The translations under genes were made by a program, and so were the position numbers. Below are positions 11,501 through 24,229 of a stretch of 64,000 nucleotides of DNA, in pieces; position 1 is the first letter of the stretch; the number at the start of each line of letters is the position of its first letter. The DNA is from Octopus sinensis. Lineage: Eukaryota. Under the pieces are notes generated by a model. That model was not told the origin of the DNA, did not search any database, and was given only the letters and a program-made list of their open reading frames with translations. The stretch spans positions 78,244,001 through 78,308,000 of the forward strand of contig NC_043002.1 in assembly GCF_006345805.1 (NCBI RefSeq), given 5' to 3'.

Positions 11501-13020
11501 ACCACATTCTTACCTTACCCCTAAACATTTTGTTCTCTCTCTTTCTTTCTCACCACCTTTTCTTTTCCTCTATTTTCCTCAATCATTTTTTTTTTCTTTT
11601 CTGATGAAGGACTAACATCTGAAAGGTCAATACTCTCTCCCTTCCTTTTAAGCATTAAACTTACAACCTTTGTTAAAACTTGTCCCTTTTGTTTTATCTT
11701 ATCTTTGCTCATTATCTAGTTATTATTTACACTACCTATAACTTTGCCTTTAATCTGCTTCACTATAATCTGTTCCCTAGTTTGTTTGTTTTTTTAATAT
11801 CTTAGACAGTAGGTAAAATAGTATCTATGACCCTTTGCAGAACCTCTGAGACTTGTGTAAGGGGAGAAGATATCCTAAAATCAAAACCGTAGCCCAAACG
11901 TTTGCAACCAACTAGAAGGGATTATTAAATTGGTTTGCGAAATACATCTTCCACTTAAGTAGGCCAAGGCAGGATGTAAACTTCAGAATGCAAAGAGCCA
12001 GGATAAATACCACAAGACATCCTGCTCCATTCTTTAATGAGTCTACTTGTTTATTGCCTTAGATTACTACTTGATTAATGACCCCAGAAGGCAAAGCTGA
12101 CCTCGACAAAATGTTTAGTCTTGTGTCAATGTCAGTAATCTATATTAGATTAATAAACTTCTGGGAATTCTTGCTTAAATTCAGCCTAAATAGAAATATT
12201 TGAAATGATTCATAAGAGATAATTCAGAGTTATTTTGAGCAAATATTGATGTGAAATTAAACCACTTCTGAATCACTGACACATGTACTGCTTGATGTTT
12301 TTCAAATAACTATAGAAACATATGGATTTTAATATCTAATAAATATGAGCAAAGTAAATAGGCACAGAAACTTCTGAAGATATTTTAGTTGTGTTGGTGT
12401 TAAATACTCCTCTAGACATGGTTGTGTGGATACATAGTTCACATTGTAACCATATGGTTTTGAGTTCTATCTGCATGCATGGTACTTAGGGGTAACTAAT
12501 GTCTTGTGAGTAGAATTGGTAGATGGAAACTGTATTGAAGCCCAGTGTGTGTGTATGAGAGAGAGAGGGGGGAGAAAGAAAGAGAGGGGGAAGAGACAAA
12601 TATTGACATGAAATGAGAAAATAACGACAAACAGAGAAAAAAAATTGCAATTTCTGTGCTTAGGACAGTACTGCATATTGCTAGCTGCATGACAACTATA
12701 AATATAATATGGTTGTTAAGGATTGATCCAGAAAGAATGAGACAAAGAAGGACTAGGGAAATATAGATAAGTATTTATTGGTGGGAATACAGACAAACAG
12801 TGAAGATGAGACACACAAGACAAGAAAAGTATATATAAATAGTTACATACACATTTGTGTGTAAATGCTGAATTTCTATAAATTTGCAGAAAATTGTTTG
12901 AGCAAAACAGTGATGTCAGCTGACATTTCCCATTAACAAATTACACTGTTGCTCTGAGTTCTCAAACTTGACAAACAGGTAAGGGTCAGAACTAGGAAGG
13001 GTATCTGGTTGTGGAATAAT

Positions 13021-13222
13021 GGTTTCAAATTTTGCCACAAGGGTAGCCATTTTGGGGGAGGTGATGAGTCAATTACATCAACCCAAGTGTTCAACTGCTA
13101 CTTAATTTATCGACCCCAAAAGGATGAAAGGCAAATTTGAACTCAGAATGTAGCAGCAGACGAAATACCAGTAAGCATTTCACCTGGCCTGCTAATGATT
13201 CTGCAAGCTCACAGTCCTATCT
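13021..13222 (-). mobile_element. SINE family B copy
   Basis: ggtttcaaattttgccacaagg ... atcgaccccaaaaggatgaaaggcaaatttgaactcagaatgtag ... ctaatgattctgc. Confidence 0.88.
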
Positions 13223-13575
13223 GGCTGTAAAATAATGTCCCCATAATAAGTATTCCTCAAATTCAGGTCAACATGGAGAAATGGATGTAAAACAAATGAA
13301 ATGAAATTGTAAATTACAGAAAAGTCTATCCCTATAAAATTCTGTAAAGAAATGTTGTACCTGTAAAAGTTAAGTCAAAAATCCAAACCCAAATTTTATA
13401 ACATTATGTACTTAGAAACAGAATTGCTTTTATGAGATCTCTCTTTATAGAAGCTCTTAAAATTGGTCTGATTAGAGCAAGTGTTAATACCTTTGAGTAA
13501 ATTTGGTAGAGGGAAACTATAAGAAGTCCATTGTGCATGAGTGTGTATGTAAAATTGGAAATTTTAAGTGCACTA

Positions 13576-14141
13576 CACTTGCGTCGGAAATTAATTAGCA
13601 CTTCTCAAATTTCTACATTTTCTTACATTTTCTTAATTTAATTAACTTATTATCAGAAAGAACTCGTTTTTAATCAAAAATTTATTAAAACATATCCCAG
13701 CACACCACATAATTGTTATTAATCGTGAAATTTAGTCAATATCTTGTTGCACCTCCTTTGGCAGCAATGACAGCTGCTACGCGGGTCGGCATGTTGTCTA
13801 TGAGTGCCTGCAGGTACTGTGCAGGGATGGCCCCTCATGCAGCAAGAAGTGCCCCAAACAGCTCGTGTCAGTTCCTGTATTGCTGCACATTCAAATCCCT
13901 ACCCAATCGACTCCAGAGGTTCTCAATAGGGTTCAGGTCAGGTGACTGGCCAGCACGTACTCCTCGCCACCAAAGAGGTATCCCGTACTATCTCAACGTA
14001 CTTTGCTGCGTTGATGTTGCCTTCGACGGCATAGAGCCGCCCGACACCGCTGTAGCTGAACGCCCCTCACACCATCAGACCACTTCCACCATGCTTCATG
14101 GTGAGCAAATCAAGGGTGCTAATTAATTTCTGACGGTAGTG
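13576..14141 (-). mobile_element. Internally deleted Tc1-family DNA transposon (566 bp) with 26-bp TIRs and TA target duplication
   Basis: Left TIR cacttgcgtcggaaattaattagcac (13576-13601). Right TIR 14116-14141 is its reverse complement with 3 mismatches. TA at 13574-13575 and 14142-14143. Minus translation gives MKHGGSGLMV*GAFSYSGVGRL...GNINAAKYVEI, then QSPDLNPIENLW...MPTRVAAVIAAKGGATRY* (13948-13736), followed by AATAAA (plus 13681-13686). Confidence 0.95.
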
Positions 14142-14295
14142 TATATTGCAATTTACATTTAGTTGGATATGATACAGTGCTACCAGCTCTGACCCTGATT
14201 CCAGCAGCTCAATAATTGTTTCCAATTCTGATTCTCAAGCTCTGCTAGAAATAGCAGTCAAATCTTACTCAAATCATACCCTAATATTTATAAGT

Positions 14296-14760
14296 GCAGG
14301 AGTGGCGGTGTGCTAAGAAGCATGCTTCCCAACCACATAGTTCCGGGTTCAGTGCCACTGTGTGGGACTTTGGGTAAGTGTTTTCTACTATAGCCTTGGG
14401 CCGACCAAAGTCTTGTGAGTGGATTTGGTAGATGGAAACTGAAAGAAGCTTATCGTATATGTATTGTTTAACCTGGGGTTAAACAATAGCAACAACACAA
14501 CATAATACAATGAATATATTTGAAATCATGACCTCAGTTATCGTATATATTATAAAACGTGTGTGTGTCTGTGTTTGTTCTCCCACCATTGCTTGACAAC
14601 TGATGTTGGTGTGTTTACATCTCTGTAACCTAGCAGTTCATCAAAAGAGACCGATAGAATAAGTACTAGGCTTACAAAGAATAAGCCCTATGGTCAATTT
14701 GTTCAACTACTAAAGATGGTGCTCCAGCATGGCCACAGTCAAATGACTGAAACAAGTAAA
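14296..14760 (+). mobile_element. tRNA-derived SINE family A, near full length
   Basis: Head gcaggagtggcggtgtgctaagaag...ccgggttcagtgccactg, central (TA/TG)n region, 3' part gaccgatagaataagtact...gactgaaacaagtaaa, then (AAT)n. At least 15 related copies or fragments lie in both orientations (e.g. about 130-235, 5225-5375, 7995-8160, 8375-8510, 9838-9985, 12415-12555, 15205-15410, 19965-20115, 28690-28810, 40655-40840, 41750-41950, 45110-45235, 56470-56620). Confidence 0.9.
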
Positions 14761-15902
14761 ATAATAATAATAATATTCTTGAAGTCGAAAGGACACATTA
14801 GAAAGTTATCATTCTACTTTGATCATAAGGTCTGCTCAATCAGGACTGACCTGGGGTTAAACAATAGCAACAACACAACACAATGATTATAATATTCAAA
14901 ATCATGACCTATAAAAACGAAATCCAACACTTTGTATACTCAGCTATCATATATATTATAACGCATAAATATATTACATTCTTCAAAAATTCTCTCTATC
15001 TTTTTTCCTTTTCTTCCTCTTTCCTGTTTAAACAAACTTTCAATTAATTAAATTAAATATCTCAATAAATATCTTCTACTTTACAGGACAAGAATTAAGC
15101 TTAATTTAACAATATTTTTTTTCTTGAATCAATGCTTAATTGCTTCTTCAAGTTTTAATTATAGAACAGATTTCAATAATACACTACACCAGTTACTGAT
15201 AAGTTTCCATAGCCATAACAGGCATAACTGTACTTGCATGCATAACTGCAAGGATACAAATTTGCCTTGCTACCAAATGGTCTTGAGTTCTATCCCATTG
15301 TGTGGCACTTCAGGGAAGTGTCTTCTGTGGCATTAGGCCAACCAATGCCCTGTGAGTGAAATTCATAGATGTAAATTGTATGGCAGCCTGGCGTGTGTGC
15401 ATGTGTGTATCTTTAAACTGTGTTGTGCGAAAATAAAATTAAAGGAAAAACGGTGATGCTTGTTGGCATCCTCTGCTGACAAATTTTCCTGTAGCTCAGT
15501 GTTTTCAATAATAAATGAAATAAAAAAAAGGAAATGCCATTACTTGAAAAACTGATTGTTAGTGACAGGAAGAGCTGTAAAACAATGTCTTTGTATATAT
15601 CTGCCCAACCCATGCTAGCATGAAGAAACATGTCAAATGAATGAATAACCGCAAAGGAGATAGAATTAGAATGCCACAAGTTTATGGATTTGCTTGTGTG
15701 ACTACATTTTCCAGCATTCTTGTTTATTATGAACTTACAAACTAGTGTGTTTATTTCATCAAAAGTGACTAACAATTCAATTAATTATAGAAAATGGTGC
15801 ATCTACTTAAAACAATGGGTGAGGCTATTGACAAATTTCTTACTTAAAGACTTTGCACTTTGTATTTAATAATAAAATATTACCAACAATTTCTAAATGT
15901 AT

Positions 15903-16230
15903 GCACAAGCATGGCTGGGTGATTAAGAAGCTTGCTTTGCAACCATGTGGCTTCAGGTTCAGTCCCACTGCATGGCAACTAGAGCAAGTGCTTACCATTG
16001 TAGCACCAATAACTCTGAGCTGACCAGAGTCTTTGTAAATGAATTTGGTAGACAGAAACTTTGTGAAAGTGTGTGTGTGTGCGTGCATGTGCCCTCATTA
16101 CATAGTAGTTCAACAAAGAAGTTGATAGAAGTACCAGACTTTAAAAAAATAAGTATTAGGGTCAATCTGTTTGACTAAGTAGTGCCCCAGCATGGTCACA
16201 GTCCAATGACAGGAACAAATAAAAGATAAA
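15903..16230 (+). mobile_element. SINE family A copy
   Basis: Collinear similarity to 14296-14760 (head, gaatttggtagacagaaact, ccagcatggtcacagtccaatgac). Confidence 0.85.
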
Positions 16231-17269
16231 ATGTGGTAAACTGATGAGGCACAACAATATATAAGCACATAGATATCTGTGCCATCAAAGTGATAGTTCT
16301 GTTTAGAACATTTTATACTAAGCCATTGATTGGTTTTAATGCCAAATTATAAAAAAATCTAATTAAAAATGGTTACTATATTTATAAAAGATAGAATGGT
16401 TTACATGTAATTGTCATTATTCCAGAAGTTCTTTTATCAGAATATTCATAATAAAATTTAAGAGTTCCATAAAAATTTACTTGTTTTCCATTGCTATTTA
16501 TCAGTATATTAAGATTGCTCTTATTTCTTGTCCTGCTTAACAACACTTTACCAACCAACTCTCATTTGAATTTTCTCTCAAGCACTCTTTCCCTGTTTGT
16601 CACAACAAGCAGTATGATAAGTACCTCATCCTTCTACTAACTTTCATTTTACTTTGTCATACTATCATTCACTATTTACTTGTTGCTTGACAGCCTCCTG
16701 CTTTCAATGATCTCGTTAATGTGGCAATAAATATACATATTGTTATATGTGGATGACATAATTACATTACTATTTTCAATACATTGTTAGGAATTGGTTA
16801 AAGCATTGGATTACTGTTATACATGAATGTATGATACATTATTCCTCAATTTGACCTCTATGAGGTGCTTGGCCTTTGAGAAATAGCAGTTATATATCCC
16901 TCATATAACACTGTAATCATTAAAAAAAAACAAAGACACATTAGATAATCTACTTTGATCAAGGATGACCTGAAGTTAAGCATCAAAGAATTATTTCAGT
17001 GAATCTGGTAGACAAGTAATTGTAGTTTGAGGAAGGGCATTGACCAACAAATTAATAACAGTAAAAAGGAAACAACAACAATAGCAGCAGCAGATATTTT
17101 TTTAAATACATAATTTATTACTTTTTACTTTTCATTTAACTACGCCTCTTAATATAATTTTCAATGAAGAGCCTGAAGAGGTTACAGATAATTCCTCTTC
17201 TCTGACTATTATTGCTTTAATCTATTACATATATATATTTTTTTTTTAATCTATTTCTTTGCTGCTTAC

Positions 17270-17426
17270 CTTGAACATGAATATACTGTTTGGTTGTTTT
17301 GAAGTCCTCTTTGTAATAGGTTTCATATTTTTCTGATACTTGTACCACTTCTGGAATAGGGATGACCAACGCTTCTGCAGTCCCGTAGACTTGTTGGGCA
17401 GAAAGAGCTCGTTGCAAATGATGCTC
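17270..17426 (-). CDS. EPC1: Enhancer of polycomb homolog, internal coding exon (probably coding exon 2): EHHLQRALSAQQVYGTAEALVIPIPEVVQVSEKYETYYKEDFKTTKQYIHVQ(A)
   Basis: Minus-strand translation matches the EPC N-terminal EPL1 region as I recall it from vertebrate EPC1 (EHHLQRAISAQQVYG...VIPVPE...YYE.IY..EFK.PKQ.IHIQ). Acceptor ...ctattcctttcAG (plus 17427-17428 ct), branch-point-like CTAAC at plus 17451-17455, donor G|GTAAGC (plus 17268-17269 ac). 157 nt, phase 0 to phase 1. EPC1 and EPC2 cannot be distinguished; invertebrates normally have one E(Pc). Confidence 0.96.
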
Positions 17427-19610
17427 CTGAAAGGAATAGCAATATTATATGTTAGAAAGAAATGTAGGCACTCCATTAATGGCTGCAAGCATACAAACTG
17501 AATCAATGTTTAAAAAAAAAAAAGTTATTCACACACTCAATTATCTAAGACATAAAACATTCATTGAGTGGTTCAGGCTTTTAACCTAATATTCTGTGGT
17601 TTTATCTATATTACATTTTCCCTATCAACAAATTCACAACTGTCTTTGACACCTGTTTCTGCACACAGAAACCAATAAGTCAATATACTTGCATGTATTT
17701 GTTTTGTACAGCTAAAAATTGAGCTGACAGTCTTTATGGAATTTCAATTATTTTAACTTATTCCAGTGAAGGAAGCCATGCAAGACTAAAGCCTGCATGC
17801 ATGTATACATGATTGCATATGTGATTCTAAAAGATTCTATTATAGCCATTTAACCCAAAATAGATACCAAAATTCTATAGTGGTATATTATGGTTTCCCC
17901 TTTTGCTCCAGGCACTGCCTACTACTCCTAATTTCCTCATTTCTTTCCCAATTAAGGATTTCAATTCTGTCAATTCAATTACATATTAAGATGATTTTAA
18001 TTTCATTTCTGAGGTTCTATTCTATTTTAGCTATCTGTAATATCTGCTACAAATGTAAAACACACTAAATACACACATATATTTACACACACACACACTT
18101 TTTCATCTTTCCCACTACTTGGATAGGTTCTAGTCTGGTATGAATAGTATGAAGTGTAAAATACTGTATTGGGCATATATTGTCTAGAGATTCTCAGCCA
18201 AATACTCGCAAAAAGCTATGATCATTTGCCACAATCATTTGCCATGTTTGACTTGTTCCAGAAAACGTAGTGGATATTTATGTCTTGGGAATTTGTTCTT
18301 TAGTTGACTTCATTTTGTTTGTTGTACACATTAATAATTTAAATGGATTATCTGATAACTGTATCTATTTGATTATGACATTGTTCAAACCAATAATAAT
18401 ATAACTAAAGATAACTATTTTGACACTTGTTCCTGCACATTGAATTTGTAAATCAAAAGACACAGTAGTTGGCAATCATTTTCCTTTCCATTGGTGGAAA
18501 TTATGCAGCAAATTCAGCTGGTCTAAAAAGATTTAGATATCTTCCTATACCAACTGAAAATTGAAGTTATCAACATATCCAAATGAAGATTTTTATTGTT
18601 AGTTATGAACTCCATAAAGCTACAATACTTAGACTGCTTCATATAAACTTTGTCTGCAATATATAATCTATAACCATTCTTTCTAACTAAAGGTATAATT
18701 CATCTTTCAAGTGAGAAAAGAAAATGTTCATATACAATGTATATATATTGACTTCATATTACCAAATGGTAATTTTAGTCTTTCTGTGCCTTTTTCCAAG
18801 CCTGGTTAATTATTTCTACCCATAGACTAACTCCCTTCAAACCTACTGAAATAAAAACAACTTCATTTCCGTTCATACCACAGCTTCATTGTTTCTTGAA
18901 AATCAGAAGTCATTTTCTAAGCTTAATAAATCATTTCTAAATGAAGTGAAACTTTAATGAGATTAGAGTCTATAGAATGCATATGCACCTGTTTGAGATG
19001 GCGAAGAACTATAAAAGGATTCTGAGCTATATCACTGGCTGGGTACTATAGTGTAATCAGCAATGCGGTTGCTTAGTAAGCAATCCATACATAGTTGAAA
19101 TGCTGTTAGCGAGCTCATAGTTCTTTCTGTCTCAAATTAGTGCTAATAATGTCAAATATCATTAAAAGTTAGTTTTCTCACGAAAAAGAAAAATGTCTTT
19201 GTTTAAAAGTCAGAAAGAATTCCTTGTAGCATATGTTCTGTCTGCTAGCACTCTAGGAATTAAATTCTGCCAACATCAACTTCACTTTCATCCTTTTGGA
19301 ACCAACAGATAAATACCAGTCCAGTCTAGTAATGAGCTCTCTTTCTCTCTAGCCACGGTCAAACCTTGAGAAAGATGGGTTCCATCAAGTTTTAAAATGG
19401 GCAAGCATAAATCATGATGACACCTTTAAGATTCCATCAGAAGCTGATGGTTCAAGCTGAGGCATTCTAGGTCACTGTGATACACACTTCAGGTAGAGCT
19501 TTATTAGACTATCTAATTGTGTAATGCACCTTTCTAATTTAAAGTCATGTAAGGTTTTGTCTTTTTTCTTCTCCCACCATTTTACCTTTCTAATTTATTA
19601 AATACCAGTT

Positions 19611-19623
19611 ATATATATTATAT

Positions 19624-19674
<51 letters not shown>
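19611..19674. repeat. (TA)n microsatellite
   Basis: Direct reading. Confidence 0.97.
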
Positions 19675-19677
<3 letters not shown>

Positions 19678-20641
19678 GTTCAAACCACCCAACTAATACC
19701 ATTTTCTTTTACAGAAAAATAAATAAACAAATCCCTAAACTGTTTTACTGGTTTCAGTCAGTGGACCTCAACAATGATGGGTCGCCTTGGGCAAGTGTTG
19801 GGCCTTGGAAGGTTTAGTCAATCAAATTAACTGGTACTCATTCTAGCAGACTGTTTTTTTTTGTTGGTTTTATTTTTGCCAAAAGCATAAGATAAATGAA
19901 TATGAACAAACGCCATTTAACAAAATAGTATTGAGGGATGGACACATACATACACGGCATAGTTTTGCAGTTTTTGTCAATCAAATTCACTCACAAGGCA
20001 TTGGTCATCTTAGGGCTGTAGTAAAGGACAGTTGCCCAAGGTGTTGTGTAGTGAGGCTAAACCTAAAACTATGTGGGTTTTAAAGCAAACCTCTTCACTA
20101 CACACCCATGCCTGTTGTTATGTCCAGTAATCAAAAAAAAAGTCTTAGGTTAGAAATATGAAAGCCTACATCTTTATGTTCAAATTGTTTCCCTTCATAT
20201 TTTGCTCTAATTTGAATTATTGACAAGATTTTTGGAATTTTGAATAGGAATGTAGCAGTTACCTACATACAAAATGTATCAAGAGCAGATGTGAACTTGA
20301 AAGATTTAACAGAGAAAAGAAACAAAGCAGTATACTGTATAATTATTATTTAAAATTCCACACCCACTGGGGTTCTGCAGCTTTGTGCATACTTAAGAAT
20401 CTCCGTTCAATGAACTTACTGTGTAAGCTCATTCATTTTTCATGAGTACTTTTTGTTCAGTGTTTAAATATTGTTTCGCTTCTGTTGAAGGAAACATTTC
20501 ATAAATTGATTAAAAATATATTAATAGTCTAAAACCCATACAGAATGTGAATAACTATCCTTTCAAATAAAACTAACGGAACTATCAAAACCTATTTTTA
20601 ACAATAACTTAAAGCAAAAATAGTACATAATAATAATGATG

Positions 20642-20677
<36 letters not shown>

Positions 20678-22559
20678 GCAACAACAACAACAGAATTTTA
20701 TTATCAATTCAAATTGAACATTTTTCACAAAATAACAGAAAAATCAATACATGAAAAATATCATAGCAAATATTTTTTTGTTTAATGCTTTTTTTCTCCT
20801 TAAATTTATGTATTTTCGTTTGAGAACAAGTAAATATAGGATATTTAATAAAAAAAAATTTCATAAACATTTACTTTTTTTATTTTAATAATTTCCTAAT
20901 AAATGAATATAAAGTTTCTGAATGATTTTCATAGTCTGTGATCAATTTAAAATCTGGTTAATACTGCACATATAAAATCTGAACAACAATTTAAAACAGA
21001 ACACAATAGACAATGTGCATATACTCATGCACATACATAAAACTGCTATGCATAAAGCACAATTGTTTCCAAAACCTTGATTAAATTAAAAATGCTATTC
21101 TGATTTCATGAAATGAAATTCTAAGACTGCCAACTTGAAAGCATAAATACCCTACAATCGACCCATAAACCAAATGTTGTTATGACAATTTTGTAATCAC
21201 TTTATATTATAGTTTGCTATTGAATAAATCAGTGCTAAGTTTGAATCTATATTTAAACATAAAAGAATGTGAAAAGACGCCAACTTACATATTTTGATAT
21301 TGTTGATGGCGTGAATGAATTATTACTTTTATTCACATGTTCTAAGAGATGTTAATTTTGTGTTGGCAATAAGCTGGAAACCTAGACTTGAAAACGTTGG
21401 TTCTAAGTAAATACAAATTTTCTGAGCAACTTGTTTTTTTCCCCCTACTTCTTAATCCTAAAGCGTACATATACAATTATACATATGAAACCTAGAAATG
21501 TTTTTGACAGGAATTATAGTGAAAAGATCAAATCTGTTATTTGCTAACTTGCTTGCAGTGAATATAATTGCCATACAATTCCCTTTCCTTGGTAGAGATC
21601 AGTAAGTCTCTGCTGTAAAACTAAGTAAGCGTTCACAACACTTCAGTTAGTTCGGATTTTATTTCATGTATTTCTCTCCTCAGTCGCATACATTCTTTCT
21701 TGTTATCAATAGTAGAGTCAATATATAATTATTAGGAGGAAATTGCTGCTTTGGTCTGAGTAGGTGACACAGAGAAATATGTTGCAGCTTCTGGTTTCCT
21801 TGGTCAGAGAAGGGTTAATGATATGTCTATGAAACAAGAACTACTGAAATAGTATGATGAGGATATTTCCTTCATTGCTACAAGACCCCAGGTAATAATA
21901 GTAGTAGTAATAGTACTACTACAACTAATAATAATAATGATGATAATCCTTTCTCCTGGAAGCACAAGGCCTCAAATTTGGGAGAAGGGATTAAGTCAAT
22001 TACATTGACCTCAGTGTATAACTGGTACTTATTTAATTGACCCCGAAAGGATAAAAGGCAAAGTCAACCTCGACAGAATTTGAAATCAGAACATGAAGAC
22101 AGCGGACGAAATACCACAAAGCATTTCAGCTCGCCGCCCTATAATAATAATAAAAAAGCCACAAGGCCTAAGATTTTTGGGGAGAGTATAGTTGATCACA
22201 TTGACTCAGTACTCAGCTGGTACTTACTTATTTTACCAAACTTGAAAGGATGAACGGCGAAGTGAACCTTGGTGGAATTTGAACTCAGAATGTAAAGCTG
22301 GAAGAAGTGCCACAAGGCATTTTGTCCAGTATGCTAACAATTCTACCAGCATGCCATGCTTAGATGACTGTGATGATGACAGTAACAACAACAACAATTC
22401 TTTCTAATTTTGGCACAGGGCCTGCAATTTTGAGGGGAGAAGTTAGCCAAAACCATTGACCCCAATACATGACTGGTATTCTCTAATTATTTCAGTAATA
22501 ATTGTCTACATCAATCCTTGCTATCCAGTGCTTACAGAATCAGAGTTTATCCACAGACA

Positions 22560-22880
22560 TAAGTAAGTTGGCAACTATGCCCTTTGAGCAATATGCCAAC
22601 TGAGAAGAAATGGTATAAATATGTCCCTCCAATAAACTGGGACTTGCTTGGCCAGTTAAGAACTAAAAATTAAAAAAATCTGTACTCTAGATATCTCAAT
22701 CAATTCTGACCAAAACATCACCGAGAAAGTGGTTATGATCTTGATACAGAAATTAGTAATATATATTATATGGAAGTAAATACAATAATACTTGATGCAC
22801 TTGGTATGATAAAGAACATGAACCAAATATGCACTGTGTGTAAGACCCTCACAGCTCAATTGCACAACTTTTATAGTACA
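22560..22880 (+). mobile_element. Highly decayed R4/Dong-type C-terminal fragment
   Basis: Short remnants KWYKYVP and IILDALGMIK resemble the 26580-26930 part of the Dong-like element. Confidence 0.45.
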
Positions 22881-22934
22881 TGTTCTATTTGAATTATATT
22901 CATGCAACACATACTCTATATTTATTTCTTTATT

Positions 22935-23156
22935 ACCCAAAGGGGGCTAAACATAGAGGAGACAAACAAGGACAGATAAAAGGATTAAGTTGATTACATT
23001 GACCCCAGTGTGCAACTAGTACTTATTTAATTGACCCCGAAAGGATGAAATGTAAAGTCAACCTCAGCGGAGTTTGAACTCAGAATGTAATGGCAGGCGA
23101 AATACCGCTAAGCATTTTGCCCAGTATGCTAATGATTCTGCCAGCTTGCTGCCCTC
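22935..23156 (-). mobile_element. tRNA-derived SINE family B, representative copy
   Basis: On the minus strand: head gggcagcaagctggcagaatcattagc (A-box-like), gagttcaaactcc (B-box-like), and core ctttcatcctttcggggtcaattaaataagtactag. About 20 related copies or fragments (e.g. 6376-6585, 13021-13222, 21948-22138, 22156-22362, the clusters at 52-53.5 kb and 56.7-59.4 kb, and one plus-strand fragment at about 19235-19330). Confidence 0.9.
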
Positions 23157-24229
23157 ACTCTATATTACCAAAAATCATGTAGAAAATACATAATAGCTGA
23201 AGATAACTGTAAGTAATACAACAGTGAAATTTACTTATCCTTAATTAAATGTATTGTATGTAAATGCACATACTGGTTGATGATTGGATACCAGGTATAA
23301 AAACAAGCTAATGAAATGTGAATCATATTAACACCAAACTGACTTAACCCCACTAAAAAAAAAAAGAAGCACAAATAAGCAAAAAAGAAAAACAACTTAT
23401 CATTCAGTCCATGATAAAAAGAGAAATATGTACTTTCAATTTTATACCAAAATAGGGGGGGGGGGGAAAATGGAGCATGTAAAACTTGACACTGTTAGAA
23501 ACAAACAAAGCAATATCAAATGAAAATGATGACAATCTAAAATAAAGGGCTAAACTTTACTCCTTGAGTTTCATAAATAAAAGAGCAGCTGTGGAGTAGC
23601 TAAAGTGTGTGCTGCCCATAGCAAACCTTGAGTTCCACCCCCACCCTGCTCCTTATTACTGGCTTATACAGCAGATCCAATAGTGCTGTCCTAATAACAG
23701 CATTGCCCAGGATGGATTACCTGTTTTATATTCAAATTGGCCAGATCCAACCTTTTACTCTTACTCTACAATGTCATTCAAAAATAAACATTCACATCAT
23801 TGAAATCACAAAGCTACAATATAATGGATGATTGATTTAAAACAAGTTGAATAAATAAGCATTACATTTGGAAATGTAGTATGAATGCTGGAAGGTCAAC
23901 TAAATGTAACATGGGATCTTTAACTAACTTATAAATATACATTCTAAAAACCAAACAAATACCAGAAAATGGAGCAGAACATTTAAAAAACAAAAATACA
24001 TAGTCAAACACAAAGCCAAACAAAAATATAAACAATAAAACTGTAAAGTATAAAAATAAACTTAACACATACAAAACGAAGTAAATAATAAAACTTCTAA
24101 GAGTTTCAGAATAGAAAATCCAAAAGATGCAAAGTATGAACATAATAACCTAAAGGTAGAAATATAATTAAATTATTATAATCAATACATCTTCGTAAGG
24201 ATCAACAAAAGCACTTCTCAAGGATATAA

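Noticed and set aside
13713-14126. 137-aa plus-strand ORF
   Set aside because: Antisense shadow of the Tc1 transposase remnant.
18490-18560. Possible poison cassette exon on the minus strand after ...aattttcAG
   Set aside because: Acceptor-like motif only; no convincing donor, so it cannot be supported without RNA data.
18998-19126. Short hairpins (also 30658-30730, 34776-34801, 54933-54962, 62883-62911)
   Set aside because: Stems of 11 bp or less or imperfect; expected at some frequency in AT-rich DNA.
21684-21892. Plus-strand AG...GT exon-like segment and a C-box-like ATGATGA
   Set aside because: Stops in all three frames; no paired D box with terminal stem, and it is antisense to the host transcript.
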